64,000 nt of DNA from Azolla caroliniana (lineage: Eukaryota; Plantae; Polypodiophyta), in assembly GCA_043228905.1 (NCBI GenBank), contig JBHGNT010000100.1, positions 1 to 64,000 of the forward strand, in the 5' to 3' direction. Below are positions 15,001-29,100 of this stretch, piece after piece. The notes under the pieces are model-generated. The model did not search any database. It saw only the letters and a program-made list of their open reading frames with translations, and was not told the DNA's origin. Position 1 is the stretch's first letter. Each line of letters opens with the position of its first letter. The position numbers and the translations under genes are program-made.

Positions 15001-17150
15001 GCTAATTTCTTCATATCTCCTGACCTGAGTTTCAAAATCTTGATTTTCTATTTCTATATCATAGCGAGCGTTGCTAGCTTCGATTCGCATATTTGAACAC
15101 AGAAATCCGATATCACACGAGCCAGGTATGAACATTTTAATTTACTCAAGGGCTCTTCTCAACTCCCTCCTCAAGATTGCTAATTTCTTCATATCTCCTG
15201 ACCTGAGTTTCAAAATCTTGATTTTCTAATTCTATATCATACCTAGCGTTGCTACCTTCGATTCGCATATTTGAACACAGAAATCTGATATCACACGAGC
15301 CAGGTATGAACATTTTAATTTACTCAAGGGCTCTTCTCAACTCCCTCCTCAAGTTTGCTAATTTCGTCATGTCTCTCGACCTGAGTTTCAAAATCTTGAT
15401 TTTTGAATTCTATATGATACCTAGCGTTGCTAGCTTCGATTCGCATATTTGAACACAGAAATCCGATATCACACGAGCCAGGTATGAACATTTTAATTTA
15501 CTCAAGGACTCTTCTCAACTCCCTCCTCAAGTTTGCTAATTTCTTCATATCTCCTGACCTGAGTTTCAAAATCTTGATTTTTGAATTCTATATCATAGCT
15601 CGAGTTGCTAGCTTCGATTCGAATATTTGAACTTCAAAATCCGATATCACACGAGCCAGGTATGAACATTTTAATTTACTCAAGCGCTCTTCTCAACTCC
15701 ATCTTCATCTTTGCTAATTTCCTCATGTCTCTCGACCTGAGTTACAAAATCTTGATTTTTTAATTGTATATCATAGCTAGCGTTGCTAGCTTCGATTCGA
15801 ATATTTGAACACAGAAATCCGATATCACACGAGCCAGGTATGAACATTTTAATTTACTCAAGGGCTCTTCTCAACTCCCTCATCAAGTTTGCTAATTTCT
15901 TCATATCTCCTGACCTGAGTTTCAAAATCTTGATTTTCTAATTCTATATCATACCTAGCGTTGCTACCTTCGATTCGCATATTTGAACACAGAAATCTGA
16001 TATCACACGAGCCAGGTATGAACATTTTAATTTACTCAAGGGCTCTTCTCAACTCCCTCCTCAAGTTTGCTAATTTCGTCATGTCTCTCGACCTGAGTTT
16101 CAAAATCTGGATTTTTGAATCCTATATCATAGCTAGCGTTGCTAGCTTCGATTCGAATATTTGAACACGGAAATCCGATATCACACGAGCCAGGTATGAA
16201 CATTTTATTTTACTCAAGCGCTCTTCTCAATTCCATCCTCATCTTTGCTAATTTCGTCATGTCTCTCGACCTGAGTTTCAAAATCTTGATTTTTGAATTC
16301 TATATCATAGCTAACGTTGCTAGCTTCGATTCGCATATTTGAACACAGAAATCCGATATCACACGAGCCAGGTATGAACATTTTAATTTACTCAAGGGCT
16401 CTTCTCAACTCCCTCCTCAAGTTTGCTAATTTCTTCATATCTCCTGACCTGAGTTTCAAAATCTTGATTTTTGAATTCTATATCATAGCTCGAGTTGCTA
16501 GCTTCGATTCGCATATTTGAACTTCAAAATCCGATATCACACGAGCCAAGTATGAACATTTTAATTTACTCAAGCGCTCTTCTCAACTCCATCCTCATCT
16601 TTGCTAATTTCCTCATGTCTCTCGACCTGAGTTTCAAAATCTTGATTTTTTAATTGTATATCATAGCTAGCGTTGCTAGCTTCGATTCGCATATTTGAAC
16701 ACAGAAATCCGATATCACACGAGCCAGGTATGAACATTTTAATTTACTCAAGGGCTCTTCTCAACTCCCTCCTCAAGATTGCTAATTTCTTCATATCTCC
16801 TGACCTGAGTTTCAAAATCTTGATTTTCTAATTCTATATCATACCTAGCGTTGCTACCTTCGATTCGCATATTTGAACACAGAAATCTGATATCACACGA
16901 GCCAGGTATGAACATTTTAATTTACTCAAGGGCTCTTCTCAACTCCCTCCTCAAGTTTGCTAATTTCGTCATATCTCTCGACCTGAGTTTCAAAATCTTG
17001 ATTTTTGAATTCTATATGATACCTAGCGTTGCTAGCTTCGATTCGCATATTTGAACACAGAAATCCGATATCACACGAGCCAGGTATGAACATTTTAATT
17101 TACTCAAGGGCTCTTCTCAACTCCCTCCTCAAGTTTGCTAATTTCTTCAT
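1..17150. repeat. Satellite subfamily A, domain A1 (178-bp monomers; 3-, 11/22/33/44- and 12-monomer duplications)
   Basis: Carries the A diagnostics GTTGCTAGC, GCATATTTGAACACAGAAATCC and CCCTCCTCAAGTTTGCTAAT. A1-specific variants include GAGTTACAAAA, TTAATTGTATA and GAACACGGAAA. TTAATTGTATA is last seen near 16650. The right boundary is approximate. Confidence 0.8.
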
Positions 17151-20100
17151 ATCTCCTGACCTGAGTTTCAAAATATTGATTTTCGAATTCTATATCATAG
17201 CTTGCGTTGCTACCTTCGAATCGCATATTTGAACACAGAAATCCGATATCACACGAGCCAGGTATGAACATTTTAATTTACTCAAGGGCTCTTCTCAACT
17301 CCCTCCTCAAGTTTGCTAATTTCGTCATGTCTCTCGACCTGAGTTTCAAAATCTTGATTTTTGAATTCTATATCATACCTAGCGTTGCTAGCTTCGATTC
17401 GCATATTTGAACACAGAAATCCGATATCACACGAGCCAGGTATGAACATTTTAATTTACTCAAGGGCTCTTCTCAACTCCCTCCTTAAGTTTGCTAATTT
17501 CTTCATATCTCCTGACCTGAGTTTCAAAATCTTGATTTTTGAATTCTATATCATAGCTAGCGTTGCTAGCTTCGATTTGTATATTTGAACACAGAAATCC
17601 GATATCACACGAGCTAGGTATGAACATTTTAATTTACTCAAGGGCTCTTCTCAATTCCCTCCTCATCTTTGCTAATTTCGTCATGTCTCTCGACCTGAGT
17701 TTCAAAATCTTGATTTTTGAATTCTATATCATAGCTCGCGTTGCTAGATTCGATTCGAATATTTGAACATAAAAATCCGATATCACACGTGCCAGGTATG
17801 AACATTTTAATTTACTTAAGGGCTCTTCTCAACTCCCTCCCCAGGTTTGCTAATTTCTTCATATCTCCTGACCTGAGTTTCAAAATCTTGATTTTTGAAT
17901 TCTATAGCATAGCTCGCGTTGCTAGCTTCCATTCGAATATTTTAACACAGAAATCCAATATCACACGAGCCAGGTATGAACCTTTTAATTTACTCAAGGG
18001 CTCTTCTCAACTCCCTCCATAAGTTTGTTAATTTCTTCATATCTCCTGACCTGAGTTTCAAAATCTTGATTTTTGAATTCTATATCATAGCTCGCGTTGC
18101 TAGCTTCGATTCGAATATTTCAACTTCAAAATCCAATATCACACGAGCCAGGTATGAACATTTTAATTTACTCAAGGGCTCCTCTCAACTCCATCCTCAA
18201 GTTTGCTAATATTATTCATGTGTCTCGACCTGAGTTTCAAAATCTTGATTTTTGAATTCTATATCATAGCTAGCGTTGCTAGCTTCGATTCGAATATTTG
18301 AACACAGAAATCCGATATCACACGAGCCAGGTATGAACATTTTAATTTACTCAAGGGCTCTTCTCAACTCCCTCCTCAAGTTTGCTGATTTCTTCATATC
18401 TCCTGACCTGAGTTTCAAAATCTTGATTTTTGAATTCTATATCATAGCTCGAGTTGCTAGGTTCGATGCGAATATTTGAACTTCAAAATCCGATATCACA
18501 CGAGCCAGGTATGAACATTTTAATTTACTCAAGGGCTCCTCTCAACTCCATCCTCAAGTTTGCTAATATTATTCATGTGTCTCGACCTGAGTTTCAAAAT
18601 CTTGATTTTCTAATTCTATATCATAGCTAGCGTTGCTAGCTTCGATTCGCATATTTGAACACAGAAATCCGATATCACACGAGCCAGGTATGAACATTTT
18701 AATTTACTCAAGGGCTCTTCTCAACTCCCTCCTCAAGATTGCTAATTTCTTCATATCTCCTGACCTGAGTTTCAAAATCTTGATTTTCTAATTCTATATC
18801 ATACCTAGCGTTGCTACCTTCGATTCGCATATTTGAACACAGAAATCTGATATCACACGAGCCAGGTATGAACATTTTAATTTACTCAAGGGCTCTTCTC
18901 AACTCCCTCCTCAAGTTTGCTAATTTCGTCATGTCTCTCGACCTGAGTTTCAAAATCTTGATTTTTGAATTCTATATGATACCTAGCGTTGCTAGGTTCG
19001 ATTCGCATATTTGAACACAGAAATCCGATATCACACGAGCCAGGTATGAACATTTTAATTTACTCAAGGGCTCTTCTCAACTCCCTCCTCAAGTTTGCTA
19101 ATTTCTTCATATCTCCTGACCTGAGTTTCAAAATATTGATTTTCGAATTCTATATCATAGCTTGCGTTGCTACCTTCGAATCGCATATTTGAACACAGAA
19201 ATCCGATATCACACGAGCCAGGTATGAACATTTTAATTTACTCAAGGGCTCTTCTCAACTCCATCTTCATCTTTGCTAATTTCGTCATGTCTCTCGACCT
19301 GAGTTTCAAAATCTTGATTTTTGAATTCTATATCATACCTAGCGTTGCTAGCTTCGATTCGCATATTTGAACACAGAAATCCGATATCACACGAGCCAGG
19401 TATGAACATTTTAATTTACTCAAGGGCTCTTCTCAACTCCCTCCTTAAGTTTGCTAATTTCTTCATATCTCCTGACCTGAGTTTCAAAATCTTGATTTTT
19501 GAATTCTATATCATAGCTAGCGTTGCTAGCTTCGATTTGTATATTTGAACACAGAAATCCGATATCACACGAGCTAGGTATGAACATTTTAATTTACTCA
19601 AGGGCTCTTCTCAATTCCCTCCTCATCTTTGCTAATTTCGTCATGTCTCTCGACCTGAGTTTCAAAATCTTGATTTTTGAATTCTATATCATAGCTCGCG
19701 TTGCTAGATTCGATTCGAATATTTGAACATAAAAATCCGATATCACACGTGCCAGGTATGAACATTTTAATTTACTTAAGGGCTCTTCTCAACTCCCTCC
19801 CCAAGTTTGCTAATTTCTTCATATCTCCTGACCTGAGTTTCAAAATCTTGATTTTTGAATTCTATAGCATAGCTCGCGTTGCTAGCTTCCATTCGAATAT
19901 TTTAACACAGAAATCCAATATCACACGAGCCAGGTATGAACCTTTTAATTTACTCAAGGGCTCTTCTCAACTCCCTCCATAAGTTTGCTAATTTCTTCAT
20001 ATCTCCTGACCTGAGTTTCAAAATCTTGATTTTTGAATTCTATATCATAGCTCGCGTTGCTAGCTTCGATTCGAATATTTCAACTTCAAAATCCAATATC

Positions 20101-23100
20101 ACACGAGCCAGGTATGAACATTTTAATTTACTCAAGGGCTCCTCTCAACTCCATCCTCAAGTTTGCTAATATTATTCATGTGTCTCGACCTGAGTTTCAA
20201 AATCTTGATTTTTGATTTCTATATCATAGCTAGCGTTGCTAGCTTCGATTCGAATATTTGAACACAGAAATCCGATATCACACGAGCCAGGTATGAACAT
20301 TTTAATTTACTCAAGGGCTCTTCTCAACTCCCTCATCAAATTTGCTAATTTCTTCATATCTCCTGACCTGAGTTTCAAAATCTTGATTTTCTAATTCTAT
20401 ATCATACCTAGCGTTGCTACCTTCGATTCGCATATTTGAACACAGAAATCTGATATCACACGAGCCAGGTATGAACATTTTAATTTACTCAAGGGCTCTT
20501 CTTAACTCCCTCCTCAAGTTTGCTAATTTCGTCATGTCTCTCGACCTGAGTTTCAAAATCTTGATTTTTGAATTCTATATCATAGCTAGCGTTGCTAGCT
20601 TCGATTCGCATATTTGAACACAGAAATCCGATATCACACGAGCCAGGTATGAACATTTTAATTTACTCAAGGGCTCTTCTCAACTCCCTCCCCAAGTTTG
20701 CTAATTTCTTCATATCTCCTGACCTGAGTTTCAAAATCTTGATTTTTGAATTCTATAGCATAGCTCGCGTTGCTAGCTTCCATTCGAATATTTTAACACA
20801 GAAATCCAATATCACACGAGCCAGGTATGAACCTTTTAATTTACTCAAGGGCTCTTCTCAACTCCATCCTCAAGTTTGCTAATATTATTCATGTGTCTCG
20901 ACCTGAGTTTCAAAATCTTGATTTTTGAATTCTATATCATAGCTAGCGTTGCTAGCTTCGATTCGAATATTTGAACACAGAAATCCGATATCACACGAGC
21001 CAGGTATGAACATTTTAATATACTCAAGGGCTCTTCTCAACTCCCTCCTCAAGTTTGCTAATTTCTTCATATCTCCTGACCTGAGTTTCAAAATCTTGAA
21101 TGTTGAATTCTATATCATACCTAGCGTTGCTACCTTCGATTCGCATATTTGAACACAGAAATCTGATATCACACGAGCCAGGTATGAACATTTTAATTTA
21201 CTCAAGGGCTCTTCTCAACTCCCTCCTCAAGTATTCTAATTTCTTCATATCTCCTGACCTGAGTTTCAAAATCTTGATTTTTGAATTCTATATCATAGCT
21301 CGAGTTGCTAGCTTCGATTCGCATATTTGAACTTCAAAATCGGATATCAGACGAGCCAAGTATGAACATTTTAATTTACTCAAGCGCTCTTCTCAACTCC
21401 ATCCTCATCTTTGCTAATTTCCTCATGTCTCTCGACCTGAGTTTCAAAATCTTGATTTTTTAATTCTATATCATAGCTAGCGTTGCTAGCTTCGATTCGC
21501 ATATTTGAACACAGAAATCCGATATCACACGAGCCAGGTATGAACATTTTAATTTACTCAAGGGCTCTTCTCAACTCCCTCCTCAAGATTGCTAATTTCT
21601 TCATATCTCCTGACCTGAGTTTCAAAATCTTGATTTTCTAATTCTATATCATACCTAGCGTTGCTACCTTCGATTCGCATATTTGAACACAGAAATCCGA
21701 TATCACACGAAGCAGGTATGAACATTTTAATTTACTCAAGGGCTCCTCTCAACTCCATCCTCAAGTTTGCTAATATTATTCATGTGTCTCGACCTGAGTT
21801 TCAAAATCTTGATTTTTGAATTCTATATCATAGCTAGCGTTGCTAGCTTCGATTCGAATATTTGAACACAGAAATCCGATATCACACGAGCCAGGTATGA
21901 ACATTTTAATTTACTCAAGGGCTCTTCTCAACTCCCTCCTCAAGTTTGCTAATTTCTTCATATCTCCTGACCTGAGTTTCAAAATATTGATTTTCTAATT
22001 CTATATCATACCTAGCGTTGCTAGCTTCGATTCGCATATTTGAACACAGAAATCCGATATCACACGAGCCAGGTATGAACATTTTAATTTACTCAAGGGC
22101 TCTTCTCAACTCCCTCCTCAAGATTGCTAATTTCGTCATGTCTCTCGACCTGAGTTTCAAAATCTGGATTTTTGAATCCGATATCATAGCTAGCGTTGCT
22201 AGCTTCGATTCGAATATTTTAACACAGAAATCCAATATCACACGAGCCAGGTATGAACCTTTTAATTTACTCAAGGGCTCTTCTCAACTCCCTCCTCAAG
22301 TTTGCTAATTTCTTCATATCTCCTGACCTGAGTTTCAAAATCTTGATTTTTGAATTCTATATCATAGCTCGAGTTGCTAGCTTCGATTCGAATATTTGAA
22401 CTTCAAAATCCGATATCACACGAGCCAGGTATGAACATTTTAATTTACTCAAGGGCTCCTCTCAACTCCATCCTCAAGTTTGCTAATATTATTCATGTGT
22501 CTCGACCTGAGTTTCAAAATCTTGATTTTCTAATTCTATATCATAGCTAGCGTTGCTAGCTTCGATTCGCATATTTGAACACAGAAATCCGATATCACAC
22601 GAGCCAGGTATGAACATTTTAATTTACTCAAGGGCTCTTCTCAACTCCCTCCTCAAGATTGCTACTTTCTTCATATCTCCTGACCTGAGTTTCAAAATCT
22701 TGATTTTCTAATTCTATATCATACCTAGCGTTGCTACCTTCGATTCGCATATTTGAACACAGAAATCTGATATCACACGAGCCAGGTATGAACATTTTAA
22801 TTTACTCAAGGGCTCTTCTCAACTCCCTCCTCAAGTTTGCTAATTTCGTCATGTCTCTCGACCTGAGTTTCAAAATCTTGATTTTTGAATTCTATATGAT
22901 ACCTAGCGTTGCTAGCTTCGATTCGCATATTTGAACACAGAAATCCGATATCACACGAGCCAGGTATGAACATTTTAATTTACTCAAGGGCTCTTCTCAA
23001 CTCCCTCCTCAAGTTTGCTAATTTCTTCATATCTCCTGACTTGAGTTTCAAAATCTTGATTTTTGAATTCTATATCATAGCTAGCGTTGCTAGCTTCGAT

Positions 23101-26100
23101 TTGTATATTTGAACACAGAAATCCGATATCACACGAGCTAGGTATGAACATTTTAATTTACTCAAGGGCTCTTCTCAATTCCCTCCTCATCTTTGCTAAT
23201 TTCGTCATGTCTCTCGACCTGAGTTTCAAAATCTTGATTTTTGAATTCTATATCATAGCTCGCGTTGCTAGATTCGATTCGAATATTTGAACATAAAAAT
23301 CCGATATCACACGTGCCAGGTATGAACATTTTAATTTACTTAAGGGCTCTTCTCAACTCCCTCCCCAAGTTTGCTAATTTCTTCATATCTCCTGACCTGA
23401 GTTTCAAAATCTGGATTTTTGAATCCGATATCATAGCTAGCGTTGCTAGCTTCGATTCGAATATTTTAACACAGAAATCCAATATCACACGAGCCAGGTA
23501 TGAACCTTTTAATTTACTCAAGGGCTCTTCTCAACTCCCTCCTCAAGTTTGCTAATTTCTTCATATCTCCTGACCTGAGTTTCAAAATCTTGATTTTTGA
23601 ATTCTATATCATAGCTCGAGTTGCTAGCTTCGATTCGAATATTTGAACTTCAAAATCCGATATCACACGAGCCAGGTATGAACATTTTAATTTACTCAAG
23701 GGCTCCTCTCAACTCCATCCTCAAGTTTGCTAATATTATTCATGTGTCTCGACCTGAGTTTCAAAATCTTGATTTTCTAATTCTATATCATAGCTAGCGT
23801 TGCTAGCTTCGATTCGCATATTTGAACACAGAAATCCGATATCACACGAGCCAGGTATGAACATTTTAATTTACTCAAGGGCTCTTCTCAACTCCCTCCT
23901 CAAGATTGCTACTTTCTTCATATCTCCTGACCTGAGTTTCAAAATCTTGATTTTCTAATTCTATATCATACCTAGCGTTGCTACCTTCGATTCGCATATT
24001 TGAACACAGAAATCTGATATCACACGAGCCAGGTATGAACATTTTAATTTACTCAAGGGCTCTTCTCAACTCCCTCCTCAAGTTTGCTAATTTCGTCATG
24101 TCTCTCGACCTGAGTTTCAAAATCTTGATTTTTGAATTCTATATGATACCTAGCGTTGCTAGCTTCGATTCGCATATTTGAACACAGAAATCCGATATCA
24201 CACGAGCCAGGTATGAACATTTTAATTTACTCAAGGGCTCTTCTCAACTCCCTCCTCAAGTTTGCTAATTTCTTCATATCTCCTGACCTGAGTTTCAAAA
24301 TATTGATTTTCGAACTCTATATCATAGCTTGCGTTGCTACCTTCGAATCGCATATTTGAACACAGAAATCCGATATCACACGAGCCAGGTATGAACATTT
24401 TAATTTACTCAAGGGCTCTTCTCAACTCCATCTTCATCTTTGCTAATTTCGTCATGTCTCTCGACCTGAGTTTCAAAATCTTGATTTTTGAATTCTATAT
24501 CATACCTAGCGTTGCTAGCTTCGATTCGCATATTTGAACACAGAAATCCGATATCACACGAGCCAGGTATGAACATTTTAATTTACTCAAGGGCTCTTCT
24601 CAACTCCCTCCTTAAGTTTGCTAATTTCTTCATATCTCCTGACCTGAGTTTCAAAATCTTGATTTTTGAATTCTATATCATAGCTAGCGTTGCTAGCTTC
24701 GATTTGTATATTTGAACACAGAAATCCGATATCACACGAGCTAGGTATGAACATTTTAATTTACTCAAGGGCTCTTCTCAATTCCCTCCTCATCTTTGCT
24801 AATTTCGTCATGTCTCTCGACCTGAGTTTCAAAATCTTGATTTTTGAATTCTATATCATAGCTCGCGTTGCTAGATTCGATTCGAATATTTGAACATAAA
24901 AATCCGATATCACACGTGCCAGGTATGAACATTTTAATTTACTTAAGGGCTCTTCTCAACTCCCTCCCCAAGTTTGCTAATTTCTTCATATCTCCTGACC
25001 TGAGTTTCAAAATCTTGATTTTTGAATTCTATAGCATAGCTCGCGTTGCTAGCTTCCATTCGAATATTTTAACACAGAAATCCAATATCACACGAGCCAG
25101 GTATGAACCTTTTAATTTACTCAAGGGCTCTTCTCAACTCCCTCCATAAGTTTGCTAATTTCTTCATATCTCCTGACCTGAGTTTCAAAATCTTGATTTT
25201 TGAATTCTATATCATAGCTCGCGTTGCTAGCTTCGATTCGAATATTTCAACTTCAAAATCCAATATCACACGAGCCAGGTATGAACATTTTAATTTACTC
25301 AAGGGCTCCTCTCAACTCCATCCTCAAGTTTGCTAATATTATTCATGTGTCTCGACCTGAGTTTCAAAATCTTGATTTTTGATTTCTATATCATAGCTAG
25401 CGTCGCTAGCTTCGATTCGAATATTTGAACACAGAAATCCGATATCACACGAGCCAGGTATGAACATTTTAATTTACTCAAGGGCTCTTCTCAACTCCCT
25501 CCTCAAATTTGCTAATTTCTTCATATCTCCTGACCTGAGTTTCAAAATCTTGATTTTCTAATTCTATATCATACCTAGCGTTGCTACCTTCGATTCGCAT
25601 ATTTGAACACAGAAATCTGATATCACACGAGCCAGGTATGAACATTTTAATTTACTCAAGGGCTCTTCTTAACTCCCTCCTCAAGTTTGCTAATTTCGTC
25701 ATGTCTCTCGACCTGAGTTTCAAAATCTTGATTTTTGAATTCTATATCATAGCTAGCGTTGCTAGCTTCGATTCGCATATTTGAACACAGAAATCCGATA
25801 TCACACGAGGCAGGTATGAACATTTTAATTTACTCAAGGGCTCTTCTCAACTCCCTCCATAAGTTTGCTAATTTCTTCATATCTCCTGACCTGAGTTTCA
25901 AAATCTTGATTTTTGAATTCTATATCATAGCTCGCGTTGCTAGCTTCGATTCGAATATTTCAACTTCAAAATCCAATATCACACGAGCCAGGTATGAACA
26001 TTTTAATTTACTCAAGGGCTCCTCTCAACTCCATCCTCAAGTTTGCTAATATTATTCATGTGTCTCGACCTGAGTTTCAAAATCTTGATTTTCTAATTCT

Positions 26101-29100
26101 ATATCATAGCTAGCGTTGCTAGCTTCGATTCGCATATTTGAACACAGAAATCTGATATCACACGAGCCAGGTATGAACATTTTAATTTACTCAAGGGCTC
26201 TTCTCAACTCCCTCCTCAAGTATTCTAATTTCTTCATATCTCCTGACCTGAGTTTCAAAATCTTGATTTTTGAATTCTATATCATAGCTCGAGTTGCTAG
26301 CTTCGATTCGCATATTTGAACTTCAAAATCGGATATCAGACGAGCCAAGTATGAACATTTTAATTTACTCAAGCGCTCTTCTCAACTCCATCCTCATCTT
26401 TGCTAATTTCCTCATGTCTCTCGACCTGAGTTTCAAAATCTTGATTTTTTAATTCTATATCATAGCTAGCGTTGCTAGCTTCGATTCGCATATTTGAACA
26501 CAGAAATCCGATATCACACGAGCCAGGTATGAACATTTTAATTTACTCAAGGGCTCTTCTCAACTCCCTCCTCAAGATTGCTAATTTCTTCATATCTCCT
26601 GACCTGAGTTTCAAAATCTTGATTTTCTAATTCTATATCATACCTAGCGTTGCTACCTTCGATTCGCATATTTGAACACAGAAATCCGATATCACACGAA
26701 GCAGGTATGAACATTTTAATTTACTCAAGGGCTCCTCTCAACTCCATCCTCAAGTTTGCTAATATTATTCATGTGTCTCGACCTGAGTTTCAAAATCTTG
26801 ATTTTTGAATTCTATATCATAGCTAGCGTTGCTAGCTTCGATTCGAATATTTGAACACAGAAATCCGATATCACACGAGCCAGGTATGAACATTTTAATT
26901 TACTCAAGGGCTCTTCTCAACTCCCTCCTCAAATTTGCTAATTTCTTCATATCTCCTGACCTGAGTTTCAAAATCTTGATTTTCTAATTCTATATCATAC
27001 CTAGCGTTGCTACCTTCGATTCGCATATTTGAACACAGAAATCTGATATCACACGAGCCAGGTATGAACATTTTAATTTACTCAAGGGCTCTTCTTAACT
27101 CCCTCCTCAAGTTTGCTAATTTCGTCATGTCTCTCGACCTGAGTTTCAAAATCTTGATTTTTGAATTCTATATCATAGCTAGCGTTGCTAGCTTCGATTC
27201 GCATATTTGAACACAGAAATCCGATATCACACGAGCCAGGTATGAACATTTTAATTTACTCAAGGGCTCTTCTCAACTCCCTCCCCAAGTTTGCTAATTT
27301 CTTCATATCTCCTGACCTGAGTTTCAAAATCTTGATTTTTGAATTCTATAGCATAGCTCGCGTTGCTAGCTTCCATTCGAATATTTTAACACAGAAATCC
27401 AATATCACACGAGCCAGGTATGAACCTTTTAATTTACTCAAGGGCTCTTCTCAACTCCATCCTCAAGTTTGCTAATATTATTCATGTGTCTCGACCTGAG
27501 TTTCAAAATCTTGATTTTTGAATTCTATATCATAGCTAGCGTTGCTAGCTTCGATTCGCATATTTGAACACAGAAATCCGATATCACACGAGCCAGGTAT
27601 GAACATTTTAATTTACTCAAGGGCTCTTCTCAACTCCCTCCTCAAGTTTGCTAATTTCTTCATATCTCCTGACCTGAGTTTCAAAATATTGATTTTCGAA
27701 TTCTATATCATAGCTTGCGTTGCTACCTTCGATTCGCATATTTGAACACAGAAATCCGATATCACACGAGCCAGGTATGAACATTTTAATTTACTCAAGG
27801 GCTCTTCTCAACTCCATCTTCATCTTTGCTAATTTCGTCATGTCTCTCGACCTGAGTTTCAAAATCTTGATTTTTGAATTCTATATCATACCTAGCGTTG
27901 CTAGCTTCGATTCGCATATTTGAACACAGAAATCCGATATCACACGAGCCAGGTATGAACATTTTAATTTACTCAAGGGCTCTTCTCAACTCCCTCCTTA
28001 AGTTTGCTAATTTCTTCATATCTCCTGACCTGAGTTTCAAAATCTTGATTTTTGAATTCTATATCATAGCTAGCGTTGCTAGCTTCGATTTGTATATTTG
28101 AACACAGAAATCCGATATCACACGAGCTAGGTATGAACATTTTAATTTACTCAAGGGCTCTTCTCAATTCCCTCCTCATCTTTGCTAATTTCGTCATGTC
28201 TCTCGACCTGAGTTTCAAAATCTTGATTTTTGAATTCTATATCATAGCTCGCGTTGCTAGATTCGATTCGAATATTTGAACATAAAAATCCGATATCACA
28301 CGTGCCAGGTATGAACATTTTAATTTACTTAAGGGCTCTTCTCAACTCCCTCCCCAAGTTTGCTAATTTCTTCATATCTCCTGACCTGAGTTTCAAAATC
28401 TTGATTTTTGAATTCTATAGCATAGCTCGCGTTGCTAGCTTCCATTCGAATATTTTAACACAGAAATCCAATATCACACGAGCCAGGTATGAACCTTTTA
28501 ATTTACTCAAGGGCTCTTCTCAACTCCCTCCATAAGTTTGCTAATTTCTTCATATCTCCTGACCTGAGTTTCAAAATCTTGATTTTTGAATTCTATATCA
28601 TAGCTCGCGTTGCTAGCTTCGATTCGAATATTTCAACTTCAAAATCCAATATCACACGAGCCAGGTATGAACATTTTAATTTACTCAAGGGCTCCTCTCA
28701 ACTCCATCCTCAAGTTTGCTAATATTATTCATGTGTCTCGACCTGAGTTTCAAAATCTTGATTTTTGATTTCTATATCATAGCTAGCGTCGCTAGCTTCG
28801 ATTCGAATATTTGAACACAGAAATCCGATATCACACGAGCCAGGTATGAACATTTTAATTTACTCAAGGGCTCTTCTCAACTCCCTCCTCAAATTTGCTA
28901 ATTTCTTCATATCTCCTGACCTGAGTTTCAAAATCTTGATTTTCTAATTCTATATCATACCTAGCGTTGCTACCTTCGATTCGCATATTTGAACACAGAA
29001 ATCTGATATCACACGAGCCAGGTATGAACATTTTAATTTACTCAAGGGCTCTTCTTAACTCCCTCCTCAAGTTTGCTAATTTCGTCATGTCTCTCGACCT

